NCBI GenBank assembly: GCA_002633005.1
Contig: NMRA01000039.1
Span: 910,335-974,334, forward strand
DNA: 64,000 nucleotides
From: Phoronis australis
Taxonomy: Eukaryota; Animalia; Phoronida
Reading direction: 5' to 3'
A program made the translations under genes and the position numbers. Of the stretch, positions 61,701 to 64,000 are shown one piece after another; the first letter of the stretch is position 1; every line of letters starts with the position of its first letter. Below the pieces are notes generated by a model. The model saw only the letters and a list, made by a program, of their open reading frames with translations. It had not been told where the DNA came from and searched no databases.

Positions 61701-62923
61701 TTGAAAATTCACTTGTCTGCCACACCGTGACCCAAGCAGAAGAATTCTTGCTGTAATCTAAGATTTGCCAGATCCCTATGGATTGTGCTATGATGCCAAA
61801 AGTTTGAAAACGGCCAATAAGGACCAGACAGGAGACAGTCGTCAGTTGGAAGACATGTTAAACAACTTGCCTACCTAGCACACAAAACTTCATACCAAGA
61901 ATCGACAAAAAAAATCCACAAAGGACAGCAATCCTTAAAACTTTCAATCAGCAAAGAACTGTGCTATATATTGTACCAGAGTACTTCCGGGTTCCGACAT
62001 TCTCACGTTCACACGTGTTATATTAATTGGTCTCTGAATAAACTTTGATATACCACAGAAAGCATACTTCCTTTTTCTAAAAAAATCCACAAAGGACCAC
62101 AATCCTTAAACTTTCAATCAGCAAAAAACCGTCAATTGTTCCCATGCCAAGAAATCACTCCTCATCTGTGCAAAGAACAAGTTGAGACTAATTTCATAGC
62201 GGTACGTGGACTACATCAAAAGCAAGATTCTTTCCTGCATGACAATTGGTTACAGTTTGAAGATTATGCAGTACCCTTGAAAAATGATCAAATTTGGCAA
62301 ATTTCAGAACATCATAACTTAGCAAAGACCTATTGGATTAAATATGAAACTTTCAGATACCAGTCTTTATGCAAATGAATGTTTTCCAAAATGTTGTTAG
62401 GCATCGTTTTTGAAATTTTCCACTTTTGCATGACGCGGTATCAAAAAAGAGGACTTTTATGTAAAAAACTCAGAAGTTGTGTGAAATGAGAATGAAACAA
62501 TAATTTAGAAAACTGTGACAGTATTTTTAAGATTTCATACTGAACATATATATTGAAAAAAATTGGTCATGTTACTGACACCGTCGTTTTGCAACGGACG
62601 TACCACCATTTTTGCTAAATTTTATTAAAAAGACGGTCATGTGACCCAATTAATAACAAATTGGTATTAAGTCAAAAATCAAATTCTACAAGGTTTGTAC
62701 TTTCGGATAATAAATACTTTTATCGAGTTAAAACCCATAGTAACTGTTTTGTAAGTCCTATGTAACCTTAAGTCCTTCAATTGAAGTGATTACCTGAGCT
62801 GCAGTTTTGTTAATAGATCCTGAGTATCCACCTCTGTAGAGTGAACAACACCCAGGTTCGCCTCTATGGCCACGTGATCCTCACCCTTCAGCTCTATGTC
62901 AAATATCGTCTTCAGCTGGCCTC
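52722..62923 (-). CDS. GSDME: Gasdermin (GSDME-like), 5' exons outside the window; 7 exons, ~365 aa visible
   Basis: Minus-strand exons 62923-62794, 61432-61252, 58896-58671, 57240-57119, 56164-56081, 53847-53701, 52931-52722, all GT-AG and in phase. Motifs: EVDTQDLLTKLQLRKLNLNHELVKQVRNNSRLVLCVI (GSDME-like R-I/L-N-L-x-H...VLCV), FKIPQNTALAYQALELLV (IP..T..AY...EL), GTEGGF, linker DAVDG, and C-terminal YLFDALSEM. Confidence 0.9.
54363..54480. repeat. Near-perfect ~118-bp palindrome/hairpin
   Basis: aaaagttgttgaagacacgacacttgtcgttattgacaatctttattccatt ... aatggaataaagattgtctataacgacaagtgtcatgtcttcaacaactttt. Confidence 0.9.
55090..55213. repeat. Imperfect inverted repeat (MITE remnant)
   Basis: ttcactttgctgct...gtcaac...catctgattg ... 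caatcagatg...gttgac...gcggtaaagtgaa. Confidence 0.65.
55701..55877. repeat. 29-bp tandem repeat x6
   Basis: Unit attag(a/t)ctgagccacgtgcacctg(c/a)tcac. Confidence 0.95.
57770..57968. repeat. ~98-bp tandem duplication of a hairpin-like unit
   Basis: aaaatttgaatctaatactgg...ctgtattagattcaaa occurs twice, and each unit has inverted ends. Confidence 0.9.
59379..60784. mobile_element. Non-autonomous Tc1/mariner-superfamily (pogo/Tigger-like) element, ~1.4 kb
   Basis: TA|CCGTATTCGCCGTAATAACCGCCC ... GGGCAGTTATTACGGCGAATACGG|TA: 24-bp TIR with one mismatch, TA duplication, no transposase ORF. Confidence 0.88.
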
Positions 62924-63599
62924 CTGGACATAGACACCCACACATTATATACAAGTAGCACATCAAATGTGGATTTCAAATGGACTTTTGATAATGGACA
63001 GGTTTACATACACCGGGGGAGGGGGGCTGTATTGAACATGGCATAATAATGTAATATACTGCATTGTTAAAGTCGTGTTCAATACAATATGCACACAAAG
63101 CGTATTTGAAAAATTTTATGTATTAAGTATATAACATGTATTTATGCATGTATGTATTGTATACATAACATCAGAAATGGACTTTAATTGGGCCCCCGAA
63201 CATGGTCAAAGACATACACAGCACAATGCAATCTACAAAAGGCCAATTAAACTGTACAAACATTAGTTTATATTGACTGAGACCGTCTTTTGGAACACTT
63301 TATTTCAATTTCTGGATGATATCAGGAAAATAGAGTATTCCCGAAAACTAGACTTTGAACCTAATCTCAATTTTTGTCTTGAACTGAAGTGTCCTTGAAC
63401 AACCCAAGTCATGTGTGACATTTATAACAACTGTCATAAAAACCAAACATGGGATGAAACTGGGTCAAGCAAAATTTGACTAGCAAACACAAAAACAAGG
63501 TCATTACACGCTATCTCAAATGGGTCAAACTTGATGTCACCGTGGCACTGAAATGACCGAACTTGGACTAACATTGCTACCAAAGCTTCATTGCATAAA

Positions 63600-64000
63600 T
63601 TGTGGATAATGAACCTTGTGCAAGATAAGAAGCAAAGTGAATGTTTGTCCCACTTCCCTAGGTCTTAATCTGCTAGTGCACAATAGGAAGTCCTCATGCT
63701 GGCCATCCTCATACATGCCTTCGACTTTATGGTAAAATTCTCCAATTTGGGACAACCTCTAAAACTTGGGAATATTACAGCAGAAATTGAATTTTCTGGA
63801 TTCTAAAAACTGAAACATTTTGACATTAATCACATTTCTTAACTTTCAGATGTTTCGTTTAGTCTGAAAACAGTAGACTTGGAATTTAATTTTACTGTAT
63901 TTCTGGTGATTCTTGAATTTGGGACGGCCAGTGTTGCCAATTTCTAAAGTTTGGTACAAGTTCCAGTCTTAAGCAAAGTAATTAATTTTTTGTTGTCCGA
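63600..64000 (-). mobile_element. Decayed coding repeat of an unclassified transposon; related fragments at ~4500-4800 and ~49900-50150
   Basis: attcttgaatttgg.a.ggccagt.ttgcc.a.ttctaaa.tttggtacaa is shared with ~4636-4690, and gtttgtcccacttccct is shared with ~50014. Confidence 0.55.

Overview
This is intron-rich, repeat-rich metazoan genomic DNA, most likely from an invertebrate, so the ORF track shows only exon fragments. I spliced exons by hand using GT-AG boundaries and phase matching, and found two convergent immune-type genes, each cut off at its 5' end by a window edge. (1) On the + strand, 35 phase-consistent exons (1350-44765) give about 2,240 codons of a giant Roco-family protein. 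Its order is: first COR domain, Cys-rich putative Zn module, SPRY-like region, SH3/Tudor-like and helical region, LRRs interrupted by a degenerate EF-hand-like insert, ROC GTPase, second COR, TIR (no catalytic Glu), TIR (catalytic Glu kept), C-terminal 'WLCxxH' region, and a Ras-like polybasic CaaX end (RRSKSKACVVM*). No kinase domain is visible. (2) On the - strand, 7 exons (62923-52722) encode the last ~365 aa of a gasdermin E-like protein with a DAVD|G caspase-3-type linker site. The introns hold tRNA-derived SINEs, Kolobok-, hAT- and Tc1/pogo-type non-autonomous elements, Helentron/HINE-like elements, decayed LINEs and several tandem repeats. The best candidate for an undescribed system is a membrane-anchored, double-COR Roco-TIR-TIR protein lying tail-to-tail with a gasdermin. 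Any functional link between them is inference only. All domain calls come from motif recognition, not database searches.
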